Below are positions 30,255-43,233 of a DNA stretch of 64,000 bases, in pieces. The stretch lies in assembly GCA_025453445.1 (NCBI GenBank), contig JALOQJ010000001.1, forward strand, positions 9,155-73,154, given 5' to 3'. Made by a program: the position numbers and the translations under genes. The stretch comes from Candidatus Omnitrophota bacterium (GTDB taxonomy: Bacteria; Omnitrophota; Gorgyraeia; Gygaellales; Profunditerraquicolaceae). Position 1 is the stretch's first letter, and each line of letters starts with the position of its first letter. The notes under the pieces are model-generated. The model saw only the letters and a program-made list of their open reading frames with translations. It was not told the origin of the DNA and did no database searches.

Positions 30255-32093
30255 TTATTCAACCGTGACTGACTTGGCTAAATTACGTGGCTGGTCCACA
30301 TCACAGCCGCGCTTAACCGCAACATAATATGCCAACAACTGTAAAGGAATGGCTGTAAGCAGCGGAGAGAGAAATTCTTCCATCCTGGGGATATAAATAA
30401 CTTCGTGGGTCAGGTCTTTAATTTTTTCATCGCCGCTTGTGGCAATAGCAATAATAATTCCGCGGCGCGAGCGTATCTCCTGAATATTGGAGACCATTTT
30501 TTCATAAACTTTTGATTCGGGAGCAATACAGACAACTGCGCGGTATTCATCAATTAAAGCAATCGGCCCATGTTTCATCTCGCCGGCAGCATAACCTTCG
30601 GCAGGAATATAGGAAATCTCTTTCAGCTTCAAAGCGCCTTCCAAAGCCATCGGATAATTGATATTCCTGCCTAAAAATAAGAACGAACCGAAATGATGGT
30701 GCTTATGGGCAGTGACTTTAATAGCATTTTGTTTCTTTAAGATATCTACCTGCATCCGCGGAATTGCAGCAAGCTGATTCAAGAGCTTATTTAACTTATC
30801 AACGGCTAGAGTTTTTTTCAACTGCCCCAAATACAGGGCAAACACGTATAACACTGCCAGCTGCGCAGTAAAAGCCTTGGTAGATGCCACTCCGATTTCC
30901 GGGCCGGCGTGTGTATAAATTACCCCGTCGGATTCCCGCACCAGCGTCGAGCCTAAAACATTACAAATAGTTAAAGTAATTGCTCCTTTAAACTTGGCCT
31001 CCCTGACTGCAGCTAAAGTATCCGCGGTTTCACCGGACTGGCTGATCGAAATCACCAGGTCGCCTCTATTCACTAATGGGTTACGGTAGCGGAATTCGCT
31101 GGAGACATCCACAGAAACAGGCAGCGGGCAAACTTCTTCCAAAATATACTTACCGCATAAACCGGCATGATATGCCGTGCCGCAGGCAACGATGATAATA
31201 TTTTTCGCTGCCGCCAGCTTGGCCTGAGGGATTTTTAGTTCTTCAAACGCTATCCTCCGGCTGCCCTGTTTTATCCTCTGCCCCAGAATATCTTCTAAAA
31301 CTTTGGGCTGCTCATTAATTTCTTTGAGCATAAAATGCGGGTAGCCCTGTTTTTGCGCCTGAGAAATATCCCAGGTAATATGCACAGGCTGCCTTTTCAC
31401 CGGCTTACCTGAAAAATCGATAATTTTAGCGTTGCGGCCGGTTAAAACCGCAATTTCATCATCTTCTAAAAAAATAGCATCTTTTGCAAAATCAAGCAGC
31501 GCAGGAATATCTGAAGCAAGAAAGTTTTCTTCCCGGCCTACGCCAATTACCAGAGGGCTGCCCCTGCGCGCGCCGATTAATTTCCCCGGCTCTTTTTTAG
31601 AGATAACCGCAATGGCAAATGAACCATCGAGCAATGCCGCTGCTTTTTTTACCGCTTCTTCCAGAGGAACGCCGCGATAAAACTTTTCTATTAAATGCAC
31701 GATTACCTCGGTATCAGTCTGGCTTAAAAAAACGTGCCCTTCTCTAATTAAGTCTTTTTTTAATTGTGAATGGTTTTCAATGATGCCATTATGCACCAGA
31801 GCGATTTCGCTTTTACAGTCCAGATGTGGATGGGCATTTGCCTGATTAGGGGCTCCGTGTGTGGCCCAGCGGCAATGGCCAATACCACAGCTACCGGAGA
31901 GCGGTTTGCTTTTAAGTAATTTTTCTAAATCTTTGACTTTACCGGGAAGTTTTCTTACGGAAAGGGATTTTTTCTGATCAAGGTATGTGACGATGCCGCA
32001 GGAATCATACCCTCGATATTCTAAACGCTGCAGGCCATCCAAAAGAATGGGCTGTGCAACTCTTTCGCCTACATAACCGATTATCCCGCACAT
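30255..32093 (-). CDS. glmS: Glutamine-fructose-6-phosphate transaminase
   Basis: MCGIIG, RWATHG, SQSGETAD, DQPRNLAKSVTVE. Confidence 0.98.
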   Translation of the reverse strand: MCGIIGYVGERVAQPILLDGLQRLEYRGYDSCGIVTYLDQKKSLSVRKLPGKVKDLEKLLKSKPLSGSCGIGHCRWATHGAPNQANAHPHLDCKSEIALVHNGIIENHSQLKKDLIREGHVFLSQTDTEVIVHLIEKFYRGVPLEEAVKKAAALLDGSFAIAVISKKEPGKLIGARRGSPLVIGVGREENFLASDIPALLDFAKDAIFLEDDEIAVLTGRNAKIIDFSGKPVKRQPVHITWDISQAQKQGYPHFMLKEINEQPKVLEDILGQRIKQGSRRIAFEELKIPQAKLAAAKNIIIVACGTAYHAGLCGKYILEEVCPLPVSVDVSSEFRYRNPLVNRGDLVISISQSGETADTLAAVREAKFKGAITLTICNVLGSTLVRESDGVIYTHAGPEIGVASTKAFTAQLAVLYVFALYLGQLKKTLAVDKLNKLLNQLAAIPRMQVDILKKQNAIKVTAHKHHHFGSFLFLGRNINYPMALEGALKLKEISYIPAEGYAAGEMKHGPIALIDEYRAVVCIAPESKVYEKMVSNIQEIRSRRGIIIAIATSGDEKIKDLTHEVIYIPRMEEFLSPLLTAIPLQLLAYYVAVKRGCDVDQPRNLAKSVTVE

Positions 32094-32110
32094 TTAAGCA
32101 CCTGATAGAA

Positions 32111-32185
32111 TGTCCCCAACCGGATTTGAACCGGTGTCGAGAGCTTGAAAAGCTCTTGTCCTAGACCAGGCTAGACGATGGGGAC
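32111..32185 (-). tRNA. tRNA-Glu(TTC)
   Basis: GTCCCCA...AGAGC TTTTCAA GCTCT...TGGGGAC A. Confidence 0.95.
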
Positions 32186-32251
32186 GATATTTTACTAATC
32201 CTCAATCCCGTGATCTGCCGAAGGCAGATTTTACGGGATGGGGACGTAATA

Positions 32252-34684
32252 TTATTCTTCCGCGTCGGCAATTACAGGTGCAACGCAGGAAACATGATCC
32301 TTATCTTGTAATTTAATCAACCGCACGCCCTGCGCAGACCTGCCGGTAGTGCGTATATCTTTAATCGCACAGCGCAAGAACATCCCGTTTTGTGTAATTA
32401 CCATTAGTTCATCATTATCACTGACGGTTTTCATACTCACTGCTTCGCCATTCTTGCTGGTAACTTTAATATTAATAACGCCTTTCCCGCCGCGGCTGGT
32501 TAAACGGTATTCTTCGATAGGCGTACGCTTGGCAAAACCTAACCCTGTAACAGTCAATATGTTTGTATCTTTTTGCGCCAGGACCATGGCAATTACTTCG
32601 TCTTTTTTAGCCAAAGAAATGCCGCGCACGCCGCGCGCGCCCCTGCCCATATCGCGTACTTTTGCTTCTAAAAATCTGATTGCTTTACCCTGCCGGGTGC
32701 CAATCAACAATTCTTGTTTACCATCAGTAAGTTCAACTCCGATTAACTCGTCGTCTTTGTCTAAAGTAATCCCGATAATCCCACCTTTGCGCGGATTACT
32801 GTAAGCATCGAGTTTGGTTTTTTTAATTGCGCCGCACTTAGTTACCATAACTAAATATTTGTCAGGAGAAAATTCTTTTACCGGTACGGTAGAGCTGACT
32901 TTATAGCCTGCTTCCATCTGTACCAAATTAACAATCGCCTTGCCTTTGGAAATACGGCTACCTTGCGGAATCTCATAAACCTTCAACCAATGTACCTGTC
33001 CTTTATCTGTAAAAATCAGCAGGTAATCTTTTGTCGAAGCAACAAAAAGATGCTCGATAAAATCTTCGTCTTTGACTTCTGCTCCGGTTGCCCCGCGGCC
33101 GCCGCGCTTTTGTTTACGGTAAGCACTCACCGGCAGGCGCTTAATATATCCGCCGTGGCTGATTGTTACAACCACATCTTCTTCGGCAATTAAATCTTCT
33201 ATTTCTAATTCTTCCACTTCTCCGACGATATCCGTGCGGCGCTGATCCGCGTATTTTTTCTTCAGGTTTTCCAACTCTTCTTTAATAATCCCTTCGATCT
33301 TTTTCTCCGATGCTAAAATCGCCCGGCAAATCTCGATTTTCTTCAAAAGCTCCAGGTATTCAGCATCAATTTTATCACGCTCAAGCGCGGTCAGGCGCTG
33401 CAGCTGCATTTCCAAAATTGCCTGCGCCTGAATTTCAGACAACTCGAATTCTTCCATCATCCGCTCTTTAGCGTCCTGCGTATTTTTGGAAGTTTTAATC
33501 GTCTTGATGATCCGGTCGATAAATTTCAGGGCGATTTTTAAACCCTCTAGAATATGCGCCCGTTTTAAAGCCTTGTCTAATTCAAACTGTGTCCTGCGCC
33601 GAATAATCACCTTGCGGTGCGCGATATATGCCTCAAGCATCTGGCGTAAAGTCAAAACACGCGGCCGGTTATCTACCAGCGCCAGCATAATAATCCCAAA
33701 TGTCCCTTCCAGCTGTGTATGCTTAAATAGCTGGTTTAAAATAATCTGCGGCTCAGTATCGCGCTTGAGCTCCACCACAATACGCATACCGTCTTTATCA
33801 GACTCATCGCGGATATCAGAAATCCCTTCCAGTTTCTTATCATCTACAAGGCCGGCGATAGCTTCAATCAGGCCGGCTTTTTGCACCTGATAAGGGATTT
33901 CCGTAATCACAATCAGATCTTTGCCATTCTTTTGATGTTCGATTGTAGCCCGGGCGCGAACAGTGATTTTGCCTCTACCAGTAGTATAGGCTTCTTTAAT
34001 CCCGGTTTTGCCACAAATTACACCGCCCGTGGGAAAATCCGGCCCCTTAACAAAACGCATCAACTCTTTTATATCTGCCTCAGGATTATCCAGCAGGTGC
34101 ATAATCGCATCAGCGATTTCATTTAAATTATGCGGCGGGATATTCGTTGCCATACCTACGGCAATGCCGCTTGAGCCATTGACTAATAAATTAGGCAGGG
34201 CTGCCGGCAATAATAACGGCTCCTGCAGAGAAGCGTCAAAGTTCGGGCCAAAATTTACCGTATCTTTATCAATATCAGCCAGCATATCATCAGAAACTGC
34301 TGCCAGGCGCGCCTCAGTATAACGCATTGCTGCCGCGGAATCGCCATCAACTGAACCAAAGTTGCCCTGACCATCCACTAAAGGATAACGCAGAGAAAAA
34401 TCCTGTGCCATTCTTACTAGAGTATCATAGACTGCAACATCTCCATGGGGATGATATTTACCTAAGACCTCGCCGACGATACGCGCGCATTTTTTATATG
34501 ATTTAGAATGATCGAGGTTCAATTCCTGCATCGCATAAAGGATCCTGCGGTGCACCGGCTTTAAGCCGTCGCGCACATCCGGCAAAGCGCGGCCGACTAT
34601 AACGCTCATCGCGTAATTAAGGTAAGAATCCTTTACTTCCTCTTCAATATAAATCGGGATTATTTTCTCGTTGCGTGTATACAT
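32252..34684 (-). CDS. gyrA: DNA gyrase subunit A
   Basis: [24 protein letters not shown], GyrA box QKRGGRG. Confidence 0.98.
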   Translation of the reverse strand: MYTRNEKIIPIYIEEEVKDSYLNYAMSVIVGRALPDVRDGLKPVHRRILYAMQELNLDHSKSYKKCARIVGEVLGKYHPHGDVAVYDTLVRMAQDFSLRYPLVDGQGNFGSVDGDSAAAMRYTEARLAAVSDDMLADIDKDTVNFGPNFDASLQEPLLLPAALPNLLVNGSSGIAVGMATNIPPHNLNEIADAIMHLLDNPEADIKELMRFVKGPDFPTGGVICGKTGIKEAYTTGRGKITVRARATIEHQKNGKDLIVITEIPYQVQKAGLIEAIAGLVDDKKLEGISDIRDESDKDGMRIVVELKRDTEPQIILNQLFKHTQLEGTFGIIMLALVDNRPRVLTLRQMLEAYIAHRKVIIRRRTQFELDKALKRAHILEGLKIALKFIDRIIKTIKTSKNTQDAKERMMEEFELSEIQAQAILEMQLQRLTALERDKIDAEYLELLKKIEICRAILASEKKIEGIIKEELENLKKKYADQRRTDIVGEVEELEIEDLIAEEDVVVTISHGGYIKRLPVSAYRKQKRGGRGATGAEVKDEDFIEHLFVASTKDYLLIFTDKGQVHWLKVYEIPQGSRISKGKAIVNLVQMEAGYKVSSTVPVKEFSPDKYLVMVTKCGAIKKTKLDAYSNPRKGGIIGITLDKDDELIGVELTDGKQELLIGTRQGKAIRFLEAKVRDMGRGARGVRGISLAKKDEVIAMVLAQKDTNILTVTGLGFAKRTPIEEYRLTSRGGKGVINIKVTSKNGEAVSMKTVSDNDELMVITQNGMFLRCAIKDIRTTGRSAQGVRLIKLQDKDHVSCVAPVIADAEE

Positions 34685-34685
34685 T

Positions 34686-37145
<2,460 letters not shown>

Positions 37146-37427
37146 TTAATCCCCCAAAGAAAAACGGATATCTTTTATTGCCTCTGATTCACGCTGCATT
37201 TTTTTTAGCAAATCTTGTTTTTGCACACTCAAGTAATACAGCCAAGTTGACGAATCTACTTTAATGCTCAGTATCCCTTTACGGAAATTGTATAATTTTA
37301 CATGGCTTAGGGCTTTTTTGGCAAGAGTTTTTTTTAACCAGGCGCCGGGCTCGTCGGAAGAAACGGGTTTATTTTTTCCCTGCCATCCCTCAAAGACCTG
37401 TTGGATCGTATTTTTAATCGGCTCCAT
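37146..37427 (-). CDS. DUF721/DciA-family protein
   Basis: G.L.I.VDSSTWLYYL...K..LL pattern; located between dnaN and gyrB. Confidence 0.75.
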   Translation of the reverse strand: MEPIKNTIQQVFEGWQGKNKPVSSDEPGAWLKKTLAKKALSHVKLYNFRKGILSIKVDSSTWLYYLSVQKQDLLKKMQRESEAIKDIRFSLGD

Positions 37428-38519
37428 TTAACTCAAGCGCATCGGCAACACAATATAAGTATAGCCATCCACGCGGATAACTCCGGGCTTTTCACTATCA
37501 CTCACCTCAAAGCCCACACGTTCTTCGCTAAGGTTTTTCAACACATCGATAATATACACTGGATTAAAACCAATCGCCATTTCTTTGCCATGGTATTCCA
37601 CGTTCAATTCTTCGCGCGATTCACCAATGTCCGGGGTAGATTTTGACACCACCATCCGGTCTTTAAACATTTCCAGTTTTACTGCCTGGTAGTCCGGCGT
37701 AGCTAATAACGCCGCGCGCTTTACTGCCAGTAAAAATTGCTCTCTATCTACCACCACTTTACTTTCAGAAACCGCGGGAATAACCTGACGGTAGTCCGGG
37801 AATTCCCCTTCAATCAGCCGGGAAATTACCACAATCGGGCCCAAATCAAACAAAACCTGATTATTCCCCAAAATCAGCGATAACTCACCATCTTCCCGCA
37901 AATTCCGGTTGAGCTCATGAATGGTTTTAATCGGTACAATCATATTCACAGCCTTGTCGGTTTCTTGCGTCAATTTTTTATCTACAATCGCCAACCGTTT
38001 CCCGTCGGTAGCCACCAGGGTTAGTGTATTTTTATCAATCTTAAATAATATACCATTTAACACATAACGAGTTTCATCAAAAGAAACCGCAAAAGAGGTA
38101 AGATTCAAAATTGCTTTTAACACCCCCTGATCTAACTTAACTACCTCTTTATCTTTAAACTCGGGCAATTTAGGGAACTCTTCTTTACTTAATCCCATAA
38201 TCTTAAATTGACAAGTATCAGTCTCAATAATCACCAAATTGTTTTTTTTCGTGCTTAAATTCACTTCTTCCCCCGGCAATTCCCGAATAATATCACTAAA
38301 ACGCTTAGCCGGCACAGTGATCGAGCCAGGTTCCTGGATATCCACAGGGATTAAACAGGTTATCCCGATATCCAAATCCGTAGCAGTAAGTTTTAATTGA
38401 TTTGTATGTGTTTCTATTAATATGTTGGATAGTATTGGTAATGCTGATTTAGGAGTAATAACATTTTGTACTGTTTGTATACCGGTCAATAATACTTCTT
38501 TGGTGGTTTTAAACTTCAT
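37428..38519 (-). CDS. dnaN: DNA polymerase III beta clamp
   Basis: PILSNILI, ATDL, ATDGKRL, GEFPDY, VLPMRL. Confidence 0.97.
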   Translation of the reverse strand: MKFKTTKEVLLTGIQTVQNVITPKSALPILSNILIETHTNQLKLTATDLDIGITCLIPVDIQEPGSITVPAKRFSDIIRELPGEEVNLSTKKNNLVIIETDTCQFKIMGLSKEEFPKLPEFKDKEVVKLDQGVLKAILNLTSFAVSFDETRYVLNGILFKIDKNTLTLVATDGKRLAIVDKKLTQETDKAVNMIVPIKTIHELNRNLREDGELSLILGNNQVLFDLGPIVVISRLIEGEFPDYRQVIPAVSESKVVVDREQFLLAVKRAALLATPDYQAVKLEMFKDRMVVSKSTPDIGESREELNVEYHGKEMAIGFNPVYIIDVLKNLSEERVGFEVSDSEKPGVIRVDGYTYIVLPMRLS

Positions 38520-38662
38520 TTATCCTCCCTATTAATATTAATTATATATAAAATACTTATATAGTCTTCGTAATAAAGGATTTTTGTTTCTGTTAACAAA
38601 CCTATTAACTCATTGAATCTATATAAATTATAATTTCAATATTCTGTGCACAAGTTGAGGTT
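38520..38662. other. Probable oriC part (AT-rich unwinding region, degenerate DnaA boxes)
   Basis: Very AT-rich dnaA-dnaN spacer with TGTTAACAA and TGTGCACAA box-like 9-mers. Confidence 0.6.
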
Positions 38663-40000
38663 TTATTGTTGAATAAACTGTATAAGTCGCTCTACCTTGT
38701 TTTTTAACCCCTCATCAGTGGTAATTGCCCCTTTGATTTTATTATAAGAATGCAAAACAGTAGTATGATCTTTACCGCCGAAAAAATCCCCAATTTCCGG
38801 CAAAGATAAATCTGTGAGCTCTCTGCTGATATACATGGCAATTTGGCGCGGCAAGACTATTTGTTTATTGCGCCTTTTAGTTTTTAGGTCGTGTAATGAT
38901 ACACCAAATTCTTCTGAAATACAACGCTGTATAAAATCTATTGTAATCAATTTTTTAGGTTCTTTTAATAGGTCTTTTAAAACTGCCTGAGTTAATTCTA
39001 AGGTGATGGGTTTTTCTTCTAATAAAGAATAAGCGATAGTGCGGATTAATGCGCCTTCCAATTCCCGGATATTGGTTTTAATCAGCTGGGCGATAAAAAA
39101 GATTACATCGTCGGGAACCGACACAGGCTCACGCTCAATTTTTTTCTTTAAAATCGCCACCCGGGTTTCTAGATCCGGCGCCTGAATATCAGTAGAGAGC
39201 CCCCAACTAAAACGCGACACCAAACGGTCCTGGAGGTTAGCTATATCTTTGGGTGGCCGGTCAGAAGAAATAATAATTTGTTTATGCGCGTCGTGCAAAG
39301 CGTTAAAAGTATGAAAAAATTCTTCCTGCGTTGATTCTTTGCCGGCAATAAATTGGATATCATCAATTACCAAAACATCTATGTTTCTGTATTTTTGCCT
39401 GAAAGCAGGAGTGGAATGATGCTGTATGCCGTCGATAAGTTCATTGGTGAATCTTTCCGAAGTAATGTAACAAATTTTAGTATTGGGTATTTGTTTTTTT
39501 ATCTGGTGGCAAATCGCCTGCATCAAATGGGTTTTACCTAAGCCCACCCCGCCATAAATGAATAAAGGGTTATAGGTTTTGGCCGGTGCATCTGAGACTG
39601 CCAAACAATAAGCGTGGGCATGGCGGTTAGAAGCGCCAATAACAAAATTTTCAAAGGTATAACGGGGATTAAGCCCGGCAATCGCCGGGTTTTCCGCGGG
39701 GAAGATATTTTTAGTGCTAAGCTGCGGGCTTGTTGGCTTTACCGTGGCTCCTACGCTTACCTCTAAGCTGACTTCTACCTCTTGTTTGCAGCTGGCACGC
39801 ACTGCTTCCCGGATACTATGTTTGTAGTGTTTCTCTACCCAATCTTTAAAAAAGGCGTCCGGAGCTTCCAGGATCAGCTGTTTGTCTGAGCCTAAGCAAG
39901 GTTTTAACGGTAAAATCCAGGTTTCAAAAGGAGTTTTCCCCAGTTCGGTTTTCAGCCCTTCCGATGCCTTTTCCCAAATGTTTTGAACGTCCAAATTCAC
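38663..40000 (-). CDS. dnaA: Chromosomal replication initiator
   Basis: YNPLFIYGGVGLGKTHL, DDIQF, RELEGAL, GGKDHTTV. Confidence 0.98.
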   Translation of the reverse strand: MNLDVQNIWEKASEGLKTELGKTPFETWILPLKPCLGSDKQLILEAPDAFFKDWVEKHYKHSIREAVRASCKQEVEVSLEVSVGATVKPTSPQLSTKNIFPAENPAIAGLNPRYTFENFVIGASNRHAHAYCLAVSDAPAKTYNPLFIYGGVGLGKTHLMQAICHQIKKQIPNTKICYITSERFTNELIDGIQHHSTPAFRQKYRNIDVLVIDDIQFIAGKESTQEEFFHTFNALHDAHKQIIISSDRPPKDIANLQDRLVSRFSWGLSTDIQAPDLETRVAILKKKIEREPVSVPDDVIFFIAQLIKTNIRELEGALIRTIAYSLLEEKPITLELTQAVLKDLLKEPKKLITIDFIQRCISEEFGVSLHDLKTKRRNKQIVLPRQIAMYISRELTDLSLPEIGDFFGGKDHTTVLHSYNKIKGAITTDEGLKNKVERLIQFIQQ

Positions 40001-40012
40001 TCCTCATTTCAG

Positions 40013-40054
40013 CTATCCACAATTTATACACAACTTGAATAACTCTGTGGAAAT
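40013..40054. promoter_or_regulatory. DnaA-box cluster upstream of dnaA (oriC/autoregulation)
   Basis: CTATCCACA, TTATACACA and TGTGGAAAT in the dnaA-rpmH spacer; gene strand switches here. Confidence 0.75.
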
Positions 40055-40218
40055 ATTATAACAGGCAGAAACCTCTTTGCAAATAAAAAAGTTAAGTGCG
40101 ATTTATTATACAAGAATTTTTTCAGCAGTCAACTAAATTTAACAATGGAAAAATAGTTGACGCAGCCGCGCTTTGTGTTATAATTACACCCTATTATAAA
40201 AAAAGGAGTAAAACTAAT

Positions 40219-40356
40219 ATGAAAAAACATCTTACAACACCGTCAAACCGAATCGGTAAGCGTAAGCATGGTTTCCGCAGCAGGATGAGTTCCAAAACCG
40301 GCCGGGCAGTCCTGGCTCGTCGTCGGCAAAAGGGCAGAAAAAAGATTTGCATTTAA
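40219..40356 (+). CDS. rpmH: 50S ribosomal protein L34
   Basis: PSN...[10 protein letters not shown]....[13 protein letters not shown]; AGGAG RBS. Confidence 0.93.
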   Translation: MKKHLTTPSNRIGKRKHGFRSRMSSKTGRAVLARRRQKGRKKICI

Positions 40357-40571
40357 TGCTAAAAACTATTGTCCTGAAGCTGATTAAATACTACCAGAGG
40401 TATGTACGGCCAGCATTGCCTTGCAGTTGCCGATTTGTACCCAGCTGTTCTGAGTATGCTGCGCAGGCAATTATAAAATATGGCCTGTTTAAAGGTAGTA
40501 TTTTAGCCGCTGCAAGATTATTGAGGTGCCACCCGTTCTCTTGTCACGCTGTGGATGACCCTTTGGTATAA
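40356..40571 (+). CDS. yidD: Membrane protein insertion efficiency factor
   Basis: CRFVPSCSEYA..AI.KYG, RLLRCHPF; TAATG overlap with rpmH. Confidence 0.93.
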   Translation: MLKTIVLKLIKYYQRYVRPALPCSCRFVPSCSEYAAQAIIKYGLFKGSILAAARLLRCHPFSCHAVDDPLV

Positions 40572-40591
40572 CCTGATTTGAGGAGTAAAAT

Positions 40592-42115
40592 ATGGAAAAA
40601 CGCTTAGTTTTAGCTACAACCCTTTCAATTTTAATTCTTTTGCTTTGGTCGGCTATGCTGCCTAAAAAGCCGGTAATGGCGCCTATAGCTGTGCAGAATG
40701 AACAATCTAAGCCGCAAGGCCTAAACTTACCAGCTGAAGTAATGGAAGCACCAGCTGAGGTGCTTATGCCCCCCCTGCTATATTCTCAACCTCAAGAGGA
40801 AATTAGCTTTGTTGAGTCGCAAGCAGCTATCCAAAAAGTAATTTTTAAGAACTATCGTAATCATGAATTATTGCTTAAAAATGCGTTTTTCCTTAGAGGG
40901 CAGAACCTTTCGTTTAAAAAAATTAGTAGTACGCCAAACGAGATCGTTTTTGTCCATTCTGACCAAAATAAAAAGATTATTAAACGTTTTTTAATCAATA
41001 ACTCTAATTATACCATAGATTTAGAAATCAATGTCCAAAATAACTCTGTAACCCCTTTGCCAGTGAATTACGCCATTTCTATAGGCATCTTAGACTTTAA
41101 AACAGACCCAGCAGCCGGACGCTATAGGGATGTGGCTATAGCTACACCGAATAATGGTTTATTGCGTACAACATATGTGAATGGCCGCAAAGATCTGGCG
41201 GTAGAGCAGCCTAGTTTTGTGGCAGTGCGGGATCAATATTTTTGTAATATAGTTGAGCCGCTGAGTGCAGGCCAAACAGTGATTGTCAAAAAACTTAATC
41301 CTAATGAAACTGAAGTCATGCTTGCTCCTAAAGAAATTATACTGGTAGCTGGGGAAAGTGTTGAGCAAAAATTTCGTATATATTTGGGGCCACAAGACTT
41401 AGGAATGATAAAAGCCACTAATCCCGCTTGGGCAAGCGTAATTAATTATGGTTTTTTTGATTTTATTTCTCAACTGCTTTTACAGCTATTAGGCTTCTTT
41501 TATAGCTTGGTGCATAATTGGGGTTTAGCAATTATTATTCTGAGTGTGGCAGTATACTTCCTTCTCTATCCGCTGACTTTGAAGCAAATGCGTTCAATGA
41601 AAGCAATGCAGGCTTTACAGCCGCGGATGGAAGAATTAAAAAAGCTCTATAAAGATAATCCGCAGAAATTACATAAAGAGACCTTAGAGTTATACCGCGA
41701 ACATAAAGTAAATCCCCTTGGCGGATGCCTCCCTCTATTGTTGCAAATGCCCATCTTTTTTGCTCTTTATCAGGCGTTAGCACGCTCAATCGCTTTAAAA
41801 GGCGCGCATTTCTTATGGATCAAAGACTTATCTGAGCCGGATCGCTTAGCCCGGCTGCCGTTTAATTTGCCGGTGCTGGGTAATGAATTTAATATATTGC
41901 CGATTCTTATGGCAGTAGTGATGTTTTTCCAGCAAAAAGCCTCTTCAGCGTCTATGGGTAGCGAACATGCTGAACAGCAGAAAATTATGCTCATTGTAAT
42001 GCCGATATTGTTTGGTATGATTTTTTACCGCATGCCTGCTGGGTTAGTTTTGTATTGGTTCGTGAATAGCCTTCTTATGGCCACTTACCAATTTAAAATT
42101 AATAAAGCAAAATGA
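40592..42115 (+). CDS. yidC: Membrane protein insertase
   Basis: NWGLAII, GGCLPLLLQMPIF, FLWIKDLS.PD, PAGLVLYW. Confidence 0.96.
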   Translation: MEKRLVLATTLSILILLLWSAMLPKKPVMAPIAVQNEQSKPQGLNLPAEVMEAPAEVLMPPLLYSQPQEEISFVESQAAIQKVIFKNYRNHELLLKNAFFLRGQNLSFKKISSTPNEIVFVHSDQNKKIIKRFLINNSNYTIDLEINVQNNSVTPLPVNYAISIGILDFKTDPAAGRYRDVAIATPNNGLLRTTYVNGRKDLAVEQPSFVAVRDQYFCNIVEPLSAGQTVIVKKLNPNETEVMLAPKEIILVAGESVEQKFRIYLGPQDLGMIKATNPAWASVINYGFFDFISQLLLQLLGFFYSLVHNWGLAIIILSVAVYFLLYPLTLKQMRSMKAMQALQPRMEELKKLYKDNPQKLHKETLELYREHKVNPLGGCLPLLLQMPIFFALYQALARSIALKGAHFLWIKDLSEPDRLARLPFNLPVLGNEFNILPILMAVVMFFQQKASSASMGSEHAEQQKIMLIVMPILFGMIFYRMPAGLVLYWFVNSLLMATYQFKINKAK

Positions 42116-42312
42116 TCAAGAGAACCAGCATTGAAATTGAAGGCAAGACCGTTGAGGAAGCAGTTAAGATTGCTTTACAGGAACTCAAACTGCCTCGAGA
42201 TAAAGTCAAAATTGAGGTACTTTCTGAAGAAGAAAAAGGCCTTTTTGGCATGCCTGGAGCAAAACCAGCCAAGGTACGAGTTACGCTGATTAAAGACAAA
42301 GAAAAGGCTTGA
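42112..42312 (+). CDS. Jag N-terminal domain-only protein
   Basis: EGKTVEEAV..AL.EL, EVLSEEEKGLFG..PAKVRV; no KH or R3H domain follows. Confidence 0.85.
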   Translation: MIKRTSIEIEGKTVEEAVKIALQELKLPRDKVKIEVLSEEEKGLFGMPGAKPAKVRVTLIKDKEKA

Positions 42313-42355
42313 CAATAGCCTTAATTTTTAGATAATAAAGGTAAAGCTAAAGCAA

Positions 42356-42411
42356 TGTTGCCCGTAGAACATGTTTCCATAGGAACATTTTGATATGTTC
42401 CTCGTACAACA
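42356..42411. promoter_or_regulatory. Three parS-like 16-mers upstream of parA
   Basis: TGTTGCCCGTAGAACA, TGTTTCCATAGGAACA and TGTTCCTCGTACAACA versus consensus TGTTNCACGTGAAACA; TTGACA at 42309. Confidence 0.7.
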
Positions 42412-42427
42412 TTTCGTAACCTAATAC

Positions 42428-43231
42428 ATGACAATGGGTAAAATTATCACGGTTTGTAATCAAAAAGGCGGCACAGGCAAAACCACCTCGGCAATTAATT
42501 TAGCAGCCTATTTGGCAATAGCCGCTAAAAAAGTCCTTTTGGTTGATTTGGATCCGCAGGCTAATGCCACTAGCGGTTCAGGCGTCAATAAACATAATAT
42601 TAAAAAAAGCACCTACCATGTTTTGCTGGAGGAAATGGATATTAAAGAAATCCTGCAGCCTACAGCAATTCCCGGTTTATATTTAGCCCCTTCTAATTTG
42701 GACCTTACCGGCGCAGAAGTAGAATTAGTCAGCGCCTTAGGCAGGGAGTATAGATTAAAAAGAGCCCTGGCCAAAGAAAGAGATAATTTTGATTTTATTA
42801 TTATTGATTCGCCGCCATCCTTGGGGCTTTTAACCATTAATGCCTTGTGTGCTGCAGATTCAGTATTGGTGCCGGTTCAATGTGAATATTATGCTTTAGA
42901 AGGCGTGTCGCAACTCATTAATACTGTTAAACTTGTGAAAGATAATCTCAATCCGAATTTAGATATCGAAGGCGTTTTATTAACTATGGCAGATTTCCGT
43001 ACTAATCTGACTAAAGAAGTAGTGCAGGAAGTAAAGAATCATTTTAAAGGTAAGGTTTATCAAACTATTATTCCGCGCAGCATTCGTTTAACCGAAGCAC
43101 CTAGTTATGGCAAGCCAGTTGCTCTATACGATAAAGATTCTTTAGGCGCGAAAAAATACGAAGACTTAGCTAAAGAAGTAATGGGAATAAAATTGTCCAA
43201 TCTGCCAGTTGAGGCAGTTGAAGGAGAGTAA
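42428..43231 (+). CDS. parA: Chromosome partitioning ATPase Soj/ParA
   Basis: NQKGGTGKTT, DLDPQANAT, DSPPSLG, QCEYYALEG. Confidence 0.96.
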   Translation: MTMGKIITVCNQKGGTGKTTSAINLAAYLAIAAKKVLLVDLDPQANATSGSGVNKHNIKKSTYHVLLEEMDIKEILQPTAIPGLYLAPSNLDLTGAEVELVSALGREYRLKRALAKERDNFDFIIIDSPPSLGLLTINALCAADSVLVPVQCEYYALEGVSQLINTVKLVKDNLNPNLDIEGVLLTMADFRTNLTKEVVQEVKNHFKGKVYQTIIPRSIRLTEAPSYGKPVALYDKDSLGAKKYEDLAKEVMGIKLSNLPVEAVEGE

Positions 43232-43233
43232 TT

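Noticed and set aside
32094-32251. glmS ribozyme upstream of glmS
   Set aside because: The space is occupied by tRNA-Glu and a short hairpin; no ribozyme core seen
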